A DNA stretch of 64,000 nt from the human T2T-CHM13v2.0 reference genome, Homo sapiens. The notes below the pieces were generated by a model that searched no databases, had not been told where the DNA came from, and worked only from the letters and a program-made list of their open reading frames with translations. The stretch lies in NCBI RefSeq assembly GCF_009914755.1, contig NC_060947.1. The stretch is one strand, 5' to 3'. Every line of letters starts with the position of its first letter. Positions within the stretch are counted from its first letter, which is position 1. Of this stretch, positions 13,854-28,184 are shown one piece after another. Position numbers and translations under genes: made by a program.

Positions 13854-14305
13854 TGTTGGGAGGAAATACTTTTTCCTCTTCAAACTTAGGTCCTGTACTT
13901 GAGTGTCTGCACATTAACTGACAATAAATAGATTAACAGAAGACAAAATTTATTTAAACATGCTCATGCTCAGTAATGAGTAATTTTCTGAATAGTCAGA
14001 GATCATGGTTTATACATCAACTTAATAAAAAGGGTAGTAGTGGTGATTTAGGACTTAAGCGGAAAAGTATGGAAGGTTCTATTGGGCTTTTTGATGCTAA
14101 TGCATGGCTGAATTCACATTTCCTGGCTAGGAGTTAGTCTCTTCCCAATCAGGAAACTCCCTTGGAGAAGAGTTCAATGGCAGCTATATCTTCAGGAGGC
14201 TTTGCTTAAGTTTAGATAATGTTGCGTCCCATGGCTGCTGATTGCTCAGATGTTTTTAGTTTAAAGTAATTTTCATACCACTCTGGTGGGCTATTAATTC
14301 CTTCA
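13854..14305 (-). mobile_element. ERV1-class solo LTR (MER4-group, subfamily uncertain)
   Basis: TG...CA ends, taactgacaataaatagattaacaga motif, atat/gtat flanks. Confidence 0.6.
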
Positions 14306-14490
14306 GTATTTAGTGTTCATAAAAATTACAGTTGAAAAAGGAGATTCATACACCCAAGTTATTCCAAGAACACGTGAAAGTTTTCCAGTAACTGAATCAA
14401 GTAGCAAAAATAATTTTCCTTTAATATTGACATCCACTTTGACAAAACTGGTTCATCTGTTTTAGATTTGATTTTGATTTGACTTTAGAT

Positions 14491-15471
14491 TGTAAGGTTC
14501 TAGGTTCATAGAACCCATCCTAGGTTCATGGCTGAGGCCCCTATAACAAAAGATAGATTCTTAGCAAGAGAAAAGCCTACAAATGTATTTAATATAAGCT
14601 TTAAATGACACAGGAGTCTTCTTAAGGGAATAAAGACCCAAAGAAATAGTTAAATTTGTGTATTTTTATGCCAGGTTTAATGAAGAGTGGACAGTCATGG
14701 AGAAATATGATATGACAAAGGTGTCAACCTAAAATAAACAGCAGAGAGAACAACTCTCCAAGACAAAGAGTCTATTCAGAAATAGCAAGGAATTGTAATT
14801 TGGGATATGCATGCTATGGTGGACATTCAAAGAAATGGAGAGAGGCAAAGTTCCTTTAAGAGTAAAAGGGGGAGTCCCTGTTAGTTGTTTTGAAATAAAC
14901 CTCATTGGCCACAGAAGTTTATTGCAGGAATTGGCAAATACTCATTGGTGATACTGGCTGTTGCTGGGGAGATGGCTTCATAGAAACATCCCAAATTTTT
15001 GTGGTTTTCAGAGAGTCTCTGTAACAGTTTTTATCATAGGCATATGTCCATGTGGTCCCTTCCTTCTTGGCCTACCTGTTCCATTTCGTTTGGGCTTGAC
15101 ATGAGTGATTCCCTTTTGAGGCTGACAGCTTTCACAAAGGGTATGATCTAATGGTAATAAACTGGGGTGGGGGTGGAGAATCTAGTAAGGCCTATTTGTT
15201 CAGATTCTTCTCTATGTCCTGGTGTTTCAGAGATAAAAATGTTCCTTTCCTCCGAGTATAGAGAGAGCACCTCTCACTGAGGGTCTTATAACTGGCTTCA
15301 GAGGACAGTCAGAAAATCCTTTCTAGGTTTTATGACCTACATCAGGGGAGAAGGGTGAGGGAATGTTAGAGTGACCTTTCTTCTTCTGTCATTTTCTCAA
15401 ATTTTTTTAACTTAAAATATTCAATATGCCAAGATGCCATTTTTTAGAGTAGTGTGTCCTGAACCCCATGA
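14491..15471 (-). mobile_element. MER34/MER39-family LTR
   Basis: Minus-strand start atggggttcaggacacactac, homologous to 23650. Confidence 0.7.
14722..15136. mobile_element. ERV1-class solo LTR nested in the previous LTR
   Basis: TGTCA...TTCACA ends with perfect 4-bp TSD aagg. Confidence 0.7.
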
Positions 15472-16863
15472 GAAGCAAAAGTATGTCTGTCCCAGTTAAG
15501 TAAATTTGCTAACTCTGGTATCAATTCAGTATATTAGCCTTTAATTTAAAGGAGTATTGTGTAAAGCAAAAAACAATTCAAAATTTATCAATATGAATAA
15601 AGTATTCTTTCAATTTTTTCCTGTATCCACATTTGGAGTGTCGATTAGCCACGTGTGACTAGTGGCCATATTGAACAATGCGGTTCTAGAACTAATCTTT
15701 CAGTTCATCTGAGGGTCCAGGCTTTTCTTGCCTCAGGTCCTTCTCACACAGTTTTTTTTTTTGTTTTTTGTTTTTTGTTTCTTCTTCTGGAAAATTATTT
15801 CTCCATTTCTCTCCTAGGTTAACTCTTAACTCTCCCTGGACACAGCTTAAATGGGATTTTCTTAGAGAGGCTTTCCCTGATTCCCAAATCTAACTTGGGA
15901 ATCCTGTTCTACTTTCTCAGAAGATCTTATACATTTTCTTTCTAACCCTTACCACAGTTGGACATAATGCTTTCAATGTACAATTGGTCATTTAATATTA
16001 TCACAGTGGAAGCTCCATAATGACAGGGGCTCTGTCTGTTTTGCTTACCACTGAATATCTTGTCCCTTGTATAGTGCTCAGCACATACAGATACTAAGTA
16101 AGTAGCCTTTCAACAAATGAATCAGAGAAAGAGAAAAGACTGGATTATAAGGTCTTTGAGGAAGTTGCTTTCTGACCTGCAAAAATAAAGCTGCAAATCA
16201 TCTGATTTATGGGATTTGGTCATCCGAGTATGTTGACAATGAATTGGAATGGGTTTTAGTAATATATTGGGGTAACTTGGGATAAATCAAGCAAAGTTGA
16301 AATGTATATAGTGAGGGTAATATAGCCACAAGTTAATTACTCTAACAATTATTGTCTCTAAAATGAAGGATATGAATTAGCTGATCTACAAGAGTCTTCC
16401 ATGATCTTTGACTGATCTTTTTGACATGAGTTAAAGGAACTGGAGTAGAAATTAATTATAATCTTATATTGATAGTAAGGGAATAAAAATTTCCCTTTCA
16501 CCTTATAAATTCCCTTATTAATAAAAATGGAATTATTATTCAATTATGACCAATACAAAAATATGCACAGTTTTATAGATTGTCACAAAGTGAATATATT
16601 CATGTAACCACACCCAGGTCAAGAAATAGAACATTAAGCAATACCATCAAGAAACTGAAAAGACAACCCACAGAATAATAAAAAATATTTGCAAATAATT
16701 TATCTGATAAGAAACTTGTATCCCAAATATATTAATGTAAAGAAGTCTTACAACTAAATAATAAAAAGACAGCTCAATTAAAATATGGGCAAAGAAATTA
16801 ATGTTTCTTCAAAGAAGATATACAAATGGCAAATAAGCCAATAAAAGATGCTCAACATCATTA

Positions 16864-17058
<195 letters not shown>

Positions 17059-17317
17059 CTATACTCCCACTAGAATGGCTATAATTTTTAAAAAGTAGAC
17101 AAAAACAAGTGTAAGTGAGGATGTGGAGAAATTGGCCCTAATACATTGTTGGTGGGAATGTAAAATGATGCGGCCACTTTGGAAAAAAGTTTGGCAGTTT
17201 CTCAAAAAGTTTAACATAAGTTACCATATGATACAGCAATTATACTCCTGGTCATAAATTCAAAAGATATGAAAACATGTGTCCACACAAAATCTTGTAC
17301 ATGAATGGTCATAGCAG

Positions 17318-17951
17318 TGATGCTGAGGGTAAACCTGACTAAGCTTGTCAAACTTTAACCTGCTTTGTTTGCTTTTAGCTTTTTATTTTTAATTACTAAC
17401 TCTAAATGTCACATAGCTAAGCAATGTATTACAATACACCCTTCAGTTTATTTATAGTTAACATATCTGATGTGTAGGTCACAATGGTAATGGGTGCCAA
17501 AGTTGTTTTTTCAGGAACTTAGAGTCAGCTCTTGTCCAGTTCAAACTGGGTGAGACCACCGACCCTTCAACTGGCTCTGAATGAATGTCCAATGGGTGAC
17601 CATTTGATGGCAGAGGGCTGAGAGCGTCACTCTCAGATCATGCTAATGCCATGGATTTTTTTTTTTTAACATGAGTCCTATGAAGAGCCATGAAGTTGAC
17701 TGAACTTGTGCAGAACGCTAATTACCTTACTTTTCCTTAACCCCAATCACCTTCCCCCACATCTCAGACCACTTTTCTCTTTTATCCTATGAATATCCCT
17801 AAACTCCATTTTCAGGGAGAGAGATTTAAGACCTGTTCTCCCATCTCCTTGCTTGACTGCCACATGAATAAACCCTTTCTTTGCTACAAAACTCATTATC
17901 TCAGTGTTAGCCATACTTCAAGGTGGGCAAAACGGGCTGGGTTTGGTAACA
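17318..17951 (+). mobile_element. ERV1-class solo LTR inserted in L1
   Basis: TGATG...GTAACA ends, 4-bp TSD gcag, aataaa near 3' end. Confidence 0.75.
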
Positions 17952-18311
17952 GCAGCAGTATTCATAGTAGCTAAAAAGTGAAAATAATCCAAATGTCTAT
18001 CATCTGATGAATGGATCAATAAAATATGGTATATCCATACAATGGAATATTATTCTGCAATAAAAAGAAATGAAGTGCTGATATATGCTACAACGTAGAT
18101 GAACCTCAACATTATGCCAAGTGGAAGAAGTAAGTCACCAAAGGTGACATATTATTCCATTTGTATTAAATGTCCAGAATAGACAAGTCCATAGAAATAC
18201 AAAGTAGATCAGCAGTTGCTTAGAGCTGGTTGGGGAGGAGTGGTGGGGAATAGGAAGTGACAGCTACTGGGCACCAGGTTTCTTTTAGGGAGGACAAAAA
18301 TGTATATATAT

Positions 18312-18597
18312 TTAGAGATAGGGTCTCCTCTGTTGTCCAGGTTGGAGTGTAGTGGCAAGATCAAGGGTCACTGCAGCCTCAACTTCCTGGGCTCAAGCAG
18401 TCCTTTCATGTAAGCCCCCAAAGTAGCTGGGACTACAAGTGTGCACCACCAAGCCTGGCTAATTTGTTTTGAATTTCAGTAGAGACAAGGTCTTGCTATG
18501 TTACCCAGGCTGGTCTCAAACTCCTGAGCTCAAGGGATCTTCCTGCCTCAGCCTCTCAAAATGCTGAGATTACAGGCATGAGCCACTGCACCCAGCC
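18312..18597 (-). mobile_element. AluJ SINE
   Basis: cactgcagcctcaacttcctgggctcaagc AluJ pattern. Confidence 0.9.
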
Positions 18598-18780
18598 AAG
18601 AAAATGTTCTAAAGTGAGATTAAGTGAGGTTGTGATGATGTTTGCACAACCCTATGAATATGCTGAAAAATACTGAATTGTCCACTTTGAATATATGAAT
18701 TGTATGGCATGTGAATTATATATTATAAAGCTGTTAAAAGAAAAAGTAATCGTGCGTTGCCAGCATCCAAAAAGTAACTC

Positions 18781-19063
18781 TGTCGTAGATTGGGTTCCCT
18801 GGAAGCTGAATCTCAGATGGTGATTCTTGTGCAAGGTGTTTTGTGATGGAATACTCACAGGAGAAGGTGAGTGAAAAAAGCAGGAAAAAGCTAAGTGTAG
18901 TCATAGCTAAGGACCAGCCTCAGCCTCATCAGATGGTGAACTATGGAGAATGAATGGCAAGCACCACAGTGTGGTTCCATATGGAGGCAAAGAGGTTGAT
19001 CGTTTTTTTATATCCGTGTCAGTCAACAGACAATTGTCAGCTGTGAGCTGCCTCCTTTGCTCA

Positions 19064-19106
<43 letters not shown>

Positions 19107-19270
19107 TTGAGTGTAAAAACCTCCTTGGTAAGTCAGTTCTCTCCTGACCAAAAATGATCCTGGAAGGTGGCAGCTGTGACCTATTAGCAACTCAGAATCA
19201 CTACAGCTAGAGGACTGATGCCCCATCCAGTTTCAGGGCATCTGGGAAGGGCACCAACAGTGTCCACTAC
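18781..19270 (-). mobile_element. LTR16-like ERVL LTR
   Basis: gattgggttccctggaagctgaatctcagatgg terminal motif. Confidence 0.55.
19068..19102. repeat. (TG)n microsatellite
   Basis: About 17 TG units. Confidence 0.97.
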
Positions 19271-19857
19271 ATCCCCTCATGTTCTGTTTCGTTTTTACAG
19301 TCTTGATCCTCCACAGTTCCTCCCTTTGGCTGGACTGTCACTTCAGCATATGATTTATGGACAACCTGATTTATCTGTGTTTTTACCTCTTAGAAAACTC
19401 TGTGCTTCACAGTGGGGCTATTATGTGTCTGTTCTATGTCAAATACTGTGTTAGATAAACGCCAGTCTTCAATGAAAATGAATAGCACAGGTCTATTTAC
19501 TTAGCATTAGCATAGGTTATTTCAGACATTATTTGCCTCCAGGAAAACCAAAAAAGCCATAAAAGCAGAGAGCATGAAGGCAGGAAATTAAAAAAAAAAT
19601 TCTGACAGAAGAATGCTGAAACCTAGATACAGAATCTCCTACTTTCCTCATCAATGTTCCTGATGAAAACATTTCTGTGGTGGTAGGAATGTTCACCAGG
19701 AAACTTGGGGTTTATAAGAAGCCAAAAGAGTTTCTTGATGTTGAACTGGCCAATGTTCCTGAGCTTGTTAACAAGCCCCGAGACAGAACTGGCTCCAGGA
19801 AAGTTGCGGGGGAAAAAGTATTTTCTTTAAGTTTAAGGAGAAAACTAGGGTTAGATT

Positions 19858-20463
19858 GTGTATTAATTTTTCATTGCTGCATAACAAAATACCACAATCA
19901 CAATGGCTTAAAACGACCCACATTTATTATTTCCCAGTTTCCGTGGGTCAGGAGTCCAGGTACTACCTAGCTAAGTTCTCTTCTTAGAGTCTCACTGGGC
20001 TGCATAGGTGCCAGCTGGGGCTTCAGTCTCATCTGGAACTTGGGTCCTATTCCAAGCTCTTGTAAATTGTTGGCAGAATTCAGGACTTTTTGGTTGCAGG
20101 ACTGAGTCCCTTAGCTTCTTAGTAGCTGTCAGCTGGAGACTGCCTTCAGTTTCTAGAGGCCTCCCACAGTTTCCTGCCACATGGCCCTCTCCACAGGCAG
20201 TTTGCAACACCACTGTTTGCACCTTCAAGGCCAGCAGGAGAGTGTCTCTCCCCAGTCTGCTAAGAGGGAATCTTACGTAAGGTAAGGTCATCTTATATAA
20301 GGAATCTTATATAAGCTAGTCAGTCATGAGAGCGACATCTTGGCACATTTTTCATATTTAGTTGATTGGAAGCAATTCACAATTCCCACCCACACTCAAG
20401 GGGTTAGCGGGAATTATACAAGGGTGTGACTCATTGGGAGTTACCTTAGGATGTGTCTGACAC
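19858..20463 (-). mobile_element. MLT1 MaLR LTR
   Basis: tgtattaatttttcattgctgcataacaaaataccacaa...ggcttaaaac terminal motif. Confidence 0.8.
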
Positions 20464-21443
20464 AAATAGAAACTGTTTCTTTGGCTCATTTGAAAATTTC
20501 CTTAAATATCTATTATCTTTAAAAATAGCTTAATGGGTTTTTTTTTGCTTTTAAAATAAAAAACTCTTTTTTGGTAAAAAGATTATTGAATATGATTATT
20601 TATCTCACTTTGAATACTCGTGGGCTACTGGGGAGTCCTACATAGTCTGGCTTCCTGGTACCTGCTGTTCCCCCTGCCTAAAGAGCTCTTATATCAGATA
20701 TCAGTGCACCATGGTTCTAGGCACATAGTAGGTGCTCAATAAATGTAGTTTGACTAAATGAAGAAATGCATGAAAAAGGGTGTTTTCTTTGCATACAGCA
20801 GACACTTGAACTTTTTTTTATACCAAAGAGCTTATCTTAAGTGTATGGTCTCAGCCTACCTTCTCTGCCAATGGAGGATTCAAGAGGAAACAAATAGCCT
20901 TTTCAGTACAAAAGTGACAGTAGCATCAAAAGCTATAACTTAGCTGTAGTTTATGGCATGCACAATGAGATTCAAGGTCAGCTATTCATTCTTCTAAAAA
21001 ATTAAGTAACATTTGGCTTACAAAAGCATAGGCAATATAAGTGCCCAGAGTATTACCTCTCTGAATCACTGCTTCTTGGATTAAGAGCACTATATGGTTT
21101 GTATCAGATTGATTGTTGATTGAACGTGATGTGCACGTATGAGTACAGTCCTAGTGGGGCCAACCCAAAGCATAGATGAGCTTCTCAAGCCAGTGAGCAC
21201 ATTTCCGTTATTACTCAAGGGAAAATATATTTGAAGTCAGTTAACTTTTAGCTCTTGTGGAAAGGATGGCCAGCGTGAGTGAAAAAAAATTTATCATAAA
21301 GTATCATCTGACTCTTCTAAAGACAATATCCAAGAGTTTTATTATTCATAGTATCTCACTATGAGTGAGACAAAGTAATGGGTCATTCAAGTATCTATTT
21401 TGATGAGTTGCTGCTTGGTAAGAAAATTTCATATGTTCATGAT

Positions 21444-21920
21444 TGTGATGGTTAATTTTATGTGGCAACTTGACTGGGCCACTGGGTGCTCAAATATCTA
21501 GTCAAACATTATCATAGGTGTGTCTGTAAGGGTATTCTTGGATGAGACTGACATTTGAATTGGTACACTGAGTAAAACAAATTGCTCTCCCTAATGTGAG
21601 TGGTCCTTACCCAGTCAGTTGAAGGCTTGAATAGAAAAAAAGGGCCCTAATCTTCCTTTTAATAAGAGGGAATTCTTCCTGCTTGACTGCTTTGAGCTGG
21701 GATATCAGTCTATCCTAGTCTTCCAACTTGAACTGGAATATTTGCTCTTCTTGGATGTTGAGCCTCCCAGCTTTCAGACTTGAACTACAGTATTAACTCA
21801 TCCAGTTCTTGGGCCTTTGGATTCAGACTAGAACTATACATTGACTCTCTTGGGTCTCCAGCTTGGTGACTGCAGGTCTTGGGATTTCTCAGCCTCTGCA
21901 ATCATGTGAGCCAATTTCCT
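21444..21920 (+). mobile_element. MLT2 (ERVL) LTR
   Basis: tgtgatggttaattttatgtggcaacttgactgggcca start; atcatgtgagccaatt end. Confidence 0.85.
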
Positions 21921-22274
21921 TGCTTCCTAAATTCTCTTCCAGTGGCAGTTCCAAACTTTACAACTTCTTTAAAGCTCCTAAACTAATTTTGCTCAATTTC
22001 AGACAATGAACTAGGACACAGATTCAATGAACTTGAAGTCTTGAGTCTTGACCCAACTGACATCCCTTGGCGCCCCTTGTCTGAAGGTCACAGCACCTGT
22101 CAGATAGCCCTTTCCATACAGTTTGTGTTCTCTCTCTTCTAATAACGGTTTCATCCTCATTATTTCAGGCTAGGAGTGGGAAACTGGGCTCAGTTGTTGA
22201 GTCATGGGTTGCTACACCATTCCTTGTGTAATTTTCCTGCTCTCCACTCACATCTTCATATACAGTCTCTTTTA

Positions 22275-22582
22275 AAAAAAAAAAACTTCATATTTTGAAA
22301 TAATTATAGACTCATAACAAGTTACAAAAATAGTACAGAGAGGTTCTAAGTACCCTTCACTCAGCTTCCTCCAATGATAACATCTTATATACCTAAGAGT
22401 ACATTATCAAAATAATGAAATTGACATTGGCACAATACTATTGACTAGATTACAGACCTTACCCAGATTTCACCAGTTTTCACATGCCCTCTTTTTTTTG
22501 TAGTATAGTCAGATAAACCTTTATCACATGTGTAGATTCACAGAACCACTACCACAATCAAGATAACAATGGTTCCATCTGT
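22275..22582 (-). mobile_element. Short L1M 3' fragment
   Basis: ttttgaaataattatagactca motif; TSD tatacagtctcttt/tatacaatctcttt. Confidence 0.7.
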
Positions 22583-22862
22583 ATACAATCTCTTTATTAA
22601 ACTCCTTTCAAATTACCCAGTTTGAGCATGCTCTCTGTTTCTTGCCAGCCCACCTATTGATGCACTCTTAAAAGATTTTTGACATTCTTAGAGTGAGGGT
22701 CTTGTATTTAAGGATGAGGGCCAAGAAGACAGCAAGCCTCAGACAGAGAAGGGTGCAAAGTGGCAGCTACAAAGTAAAAATGGCAGTTGGGCCACTCTTG
22801 GCAAAGAATATCTGAGACAGATTCCAGAATGATATGAGATAATCTGAAGGTTTTATTTTATA

Positions 22863-23090
22863 GCAGTTGTTCTCAAGCCTAACTGTGCATCAGAATCATC
22901 CAGAGAGCATTAAAAATAAAACAAAAAACAATCAATCCAACAAATGAACAAAAAAACAAAACAATAACAGAGACTTGGGCCCCATCCCCAGAGGTTCTGA
23001 TTTATTTAGTTCAGAGCGGAGTCCAAGGATGGAAACTTTTTGCAAGTTCCTTAGATGATTCTAACATACAGCCAAGGTTGTGAGCCAGTG
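22863..23090. mobile_element. MER5A DNA transposon
   Basis: cagttgttctcaa..catcagaatcatc...gattctaacatacagccaaggttgtgagccagtg. Confidence 0.75.
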
Positions 23091-23649
23091 TTTTATAGCA
23101 TCTGGGTTTTGTGTCTTAACTACAAAAGCCATTCCTACTCAAGATTGTATTTTTATAAAAGACAACTTCCAGCTTTCCTGCATATTTGCTTTACTTTTTA
23201 TTACATTTAATTTTTAATACATCGTCAATTTATTTTTGTTGTAGGGAGTGAGAAATGAATTAATTGTATTTTCCCCCAAACAGGAGCTTTGTTGTTCTAG
23301 TATCATTTATTGAACAATCCATATTCTCTCCACTGATATAAAATATTACCCTTATGATTTACTAAATTCCTAAATCATTTGACTCTGTTTCTATATTATA
23401 TTTTGTTGCATTGATCTATCTTTCTATTAAGTTTCAGAATCGAACTATTTTCATTGCAGTCACTTTATAATGCTTTAATTTCTGATGGTAGGGAAAATGG
23501 ATATTTTTAAGGTATTGAATCTTTCCATTAAAAAAATAGATACTTCTTTAAGTTGATTCCAAGTTTTTGTGCTCTGGAGTTTTAAATTTTTCTCCATATA
23601 GATTATGAAACTATAAGTAAGTTTCAAAAATATTTTTCAAGAAATGGAT

Positions 23650-24222
23650 AATGGGGTTCAGGACATACCACTCCAAAATATGGCACCTTGGCTTATTGAA
23701 TATTTTGATTTGAAGGAATTTGAGAAAATGGCAGAAATAGAAAGGGCTTTCTGACTCTTTCCTGCCTTTCTCCATTACAGCAGGTCATAAAACCTAGGAA
23801 GGATTTTCTGACCTTCCCCTGAAGCAGGTCATAAGACTCTCAGATGAGATATGCCTGCATTATGCACAGAGGAAAGGAGCATCCTTATCTCTGAAGACAC
23901 AGAAAAGAATTTGAACAAACAGGCCTTGCTTGGTTTCCCCCAATTTATAATATTTATCGCACTCTCTCCACCCTTTGTTGTATCATATTTCTTCATGACT
24001 CTTAATTCTTCATCAAATCTACTATAAAAACACTCGGGTTTAACTCTTTCTTCAGGTATTTATTTCCTTATGAAGGCTCCTGTGTCACATCAAACTTATA
24101 TTAAATAAATTTCTATGCTTTTCTCTTAATCTTTTTATTTTTTATTTATTTATTTATTTTGTTACAGGGGCCCCAGCAATGAACCTAAGATGGGTAGAAG
24201 GAAAGGTATTTTCCTCCTCTAT
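23650..24222 (+). mobile_element. MER34/MER39-family LTR
   Basis: atggggttcaggacataccactccaaaatatggcaccttggc start. Confidence 0.75.
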
Positions 24223-24734
24223 GTGATATAACTCCCAATCCACTAAAATTAATTTTGAGCCAGAGGCAGCAAAATAAATAAATAAATAAATAAATTAGCC
24301 TATGTAACTTTATCCTTGATCATAAATGATAAAAATAAATATTTGTCTTGTGTAATTTCTTATGGAAATAAAATGCTTCTTTATTTGACATGATTAGCAA
24401 ATGTGTGCTACTTTATCAAGAATCCTGGCATGTTACACGTGGAGTAGTAATTTTCAAAACCTATAACCTAATAAAATACTAGTGACTAAAACAGTAAAGT
24501 AAAATGTATTTTTTTAAGAGTCAGAAGGTACGTGTCTTTATAATAAGAACAGTGTACTGTAGCTGCTAATGGAAAATGTAGATGAATGAAGGCTAGATAA
24601 AAAACGACTTTTCAGAAAACAAGTACTCCCCACAATTACTCGGGTTAGAAGGTGCTCATTTTTACCCATTTTATTCCTGCAAGTTAAAAGTCCTATAGTC
24701 AGAATAGCCAGTCATGAGATACAGAGAAACTTGA

Positions 24735-25407
<673 letters not shown>

Positions 25408-25510
25408 TAAGTGCTCCAATATTTTTTAAAGTTTTAAATATTTACTGACCAATTCAAATCCATTTGCTGAAAGTCCTTCCTCCTTATCCTGTGTCAGCTA
25501 AAGGCTTTCG

Positions 25511-25565
25511 GTTAATGGATACTATTTGTGGTTTCATCAGTTAATGGATACTATTTGTGGTTTCA
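25511..25565. repeat. Perfect 26-bp direct duplication with 3-bp spacer
   Basis: gttaatggatactatttgtggtttca at 25511-25536 and 25540-25565. Confidence 0.97.
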
Positions 25566-25656
25566 CAAAGAGTTAACATCTTTAAGGTATGTGGTGAAAA
25601 TTCTGGAATAGGAAGACGGGAAACACTCACATAAGCTTTAGAAATTTTACTTGGAT

Positions 25657-26092
25657 ATTGTCTTAGTCTGTTTTCTGCTGCTGTAACTGAATATCTAAGA
25701 CTGAGTAGTTTATTTTTTTAAAACAAAAGAAAATTATTTTGGACAGTTTTGGAGGCTGGGAAGACAAAAGGCATGGTGGCAGTTTCTGGCAAGGGCTTTC
25801 ATATTGCATCGTAACATGGTGGAAAAGTGAAAGGGCAAGCGAGTGTGTGTGAAAGAGACAAAACATGAGGGCAGGCTCACTTTATAACAACCCACTCTTG
25901 AAGTAACCAACCAATCCCATCCTGAGAGAGTGAGAACTCACTCCCTCAAAAATTAACCCAATCTCATGAGAGTGATATTTATCCATCTTAATGACTTAAT
26001 CACCTCTTAAAAGCCCCACGTCTTACTACTGTTACATTAGGGATTAAGTTTCAAGATGGGTTTTGGAGGGTACAAACATTCAAACCATAGCA
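25657..26092 (-). mobile_element. MST-type MaLR LTR
   Basis: tgtcttagtctgttttctgctgctgtaac...aaacattcaaaccatagca. Confidence 0.8.
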
Positions 26093-26542
26093 GATATGCA
26101 TATGACAAATAGTGGCACATTAAAATTATGAAGAAACTGCAGCCATGACTAAGCAATGCTTTTTATGTAACATAGGAAAAACAAAAGTATTCATGGCTAC
26201 TATGTGTGTGCATACATATGAATGTATGTTTTATGTACTGAGTATATATATATATATGCATGTATCTGTGCGTTAATACATATGTATATTTCTATATATA
26301 ATGTCTGTAATTAGCTTAGACTATTCTTTTGGACATAAATAAGCAGGGTGAATCTTGGAATAACATTTGTGGAGCTACACCACTAACAAATATTGGCATA
26401 TCTGACTGCAGAAATTAGACTTTAAACAACTTTTGTTAGTATTAGTAACAGTTATTAGTTATTAGTAAGTACAACACTATTGAAGTCATATTGTTTTGGC
26501 TTTCTTTGACTTGTAAGCTACTTACATAAAAGTGGGTTGGTT

Positions 26543-26798
26543 TGCACGTTCTCACTCGTAGGTAGGAGTTGAACAATGGGAACATATGGACACAGGGTGG
26601 GGAACATCACACACCAGGGCCTATTGGGGGGTGGGGGCCTGGGGGAGGGATGGCATTAGGAGAAATACCCAATGTAAGTGACGAGTTGATAGATGCAGAA
26701 AACCAATATGGCACATGTATACCTATGTAACAAACCTGCATGTTGTGCACATGTACCCTAGAACTTAGAGTATAATAAAAAAAGAAATTGAAAAAAAA
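26543..26798 (+). mobile_element. L1PA 3' end, 5'-truncated
   Basis: L1PA 3'UTR with G-tract; 15-bp TSD aaaagtgggttggtt. Confidence 0.93.
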
Positions 26799-27724
26799 AG
26801 TGGGTTGGTTCACTGTATGTAAATATGCTTTCTTCAAAACAACAGTGTTTTATCCCCATTGTAAATAAGACAGCAGCCTCCTTTCTCTTTTTAAACAATG
26901 CAGTTGTTTGCTTACTTTTGAATATCTAATTGTAAGGTCCTGGAAACTGGCCTATGTGATTTAGAAAGCAAAGACAGACCACTGAAACCTTGCTTCTGCT
27001 CTTAGGCAATGCCTGTGGCACATCAGCAACTTTTCCCTCTTCCTCTAAGATAGAGCCAATTGTTGTTCACACTTGTTTGCTGGGCAAGCAAATCAACTGA
27101 TCGATCCTCCTGTGTGTCAAATAGTATCAGTAGAGTACTGAAGTGTTCAAACCAGCACACACTTGCCTTCTATGTGAATAGCAGGATTGATTCCTAGGGA
27201 GTGTTTAATTTAGTATTTTGAGAGTATGTATTTGCATTTTGACCACTAAATAAGTTATTTATAACTATGCAAATATTATATGATTAGACTTGGTTTTAAA
27301 TTTGTAATACTTTCATAACACTAAAAATATTTATTAAGATAATCTTTATGAATCAAGTATTTTTATATTTCCAGTAAGAGGATAAAAATACCTTTTCATA
27401 TTTATATTTGAGTATCTGTGACACTACTGTTTTCTTTGTACCAATTTGGAGATTCCAGAAACCTGACATAATTTAAAGAGCTTTCATCCTTTTAATTTTC
27501 TTCAAACAAATCAAACTCAAGAGATGAAAGAATACAGGAAATGTTTCTGTGAAACTATACATAGGAAAAAGGCCATTTAAGTTTTCTTTCTGTCAAACAT
27601 TATGTGTGGATTGAAGGTGTTATGAATGTAAAATGGAAAGTTAATTTTTCTTCCTGGTGTATAAGAGCAGGACTGGCTAAATTATGGCAATGCAGAGTCC
27701 TTTGTTTAAAATTATGATTATTAT

Positions 27725-27925
27725 TGGCTTAAACAACAGAAATTTATTTTCTAACAGTTTTGGTTCCAGGAAGCTCCAGATCAAGGTGCCAGCAGGGTTG
27801 GTTTCCTCTGAGACTTCTATACTTGATTTATAGATGGCTACCCTGTTCACATGGTCATCCCTCTGTGCATGCAGGCCCCTTTTTATAAGGACACCAGTCA
27901 TATTGGATTCGGGCCCCACCCTAGT
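27725..27925 (-). mobile_element. MLT1 fragment
   Basis: ggcttaaacaacagaaatttatt...tataaggacaccagtcatattgg. Confidence 0.75.
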
Positions 27926-27939
27926 AAAAAAAATAAATT

Positions 27940-28172
27940 TAGGAGGTACAAGTGTAGTTTTGTTACATGAATATACTGTGTAGTGGTGAAATCTGGCCTT
28001 TTAATGTAACAATCACCTGAATAGTATATACAATATATCCATTAGGTAATTTCTCATTTCTCACCCCTCTCCTACACTCTCACCTTCTGGAGTTTCCAGT
28101 GTCTATTATTCCACTCTGTATGTCCATGTGTATCCATTGTTTAGCTCTCACTTGTAAGTGAAAACATGCAGT
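27940..28172 (-). mobile_element. L1 3'UTR fragment
   Basis: ggtacaagtgtagttttgttacatg...cacttgtaagtgaaaacatgc. Confidence 0.8.
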
Positions 28173-28184
28173 TTTTTAAAGTTT

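Larger units (their letters stand above)
13556..15683. mobile_element. hAT-Charlie1/MER33-type DNA transposon split by nested LTRs
   Basis: gtgctgtccagtgg start, MER33-like body, end ctagtggccatattgaacaatgcgg; flanks ttctagcc/ttctagaa. Confidence 0.65.
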
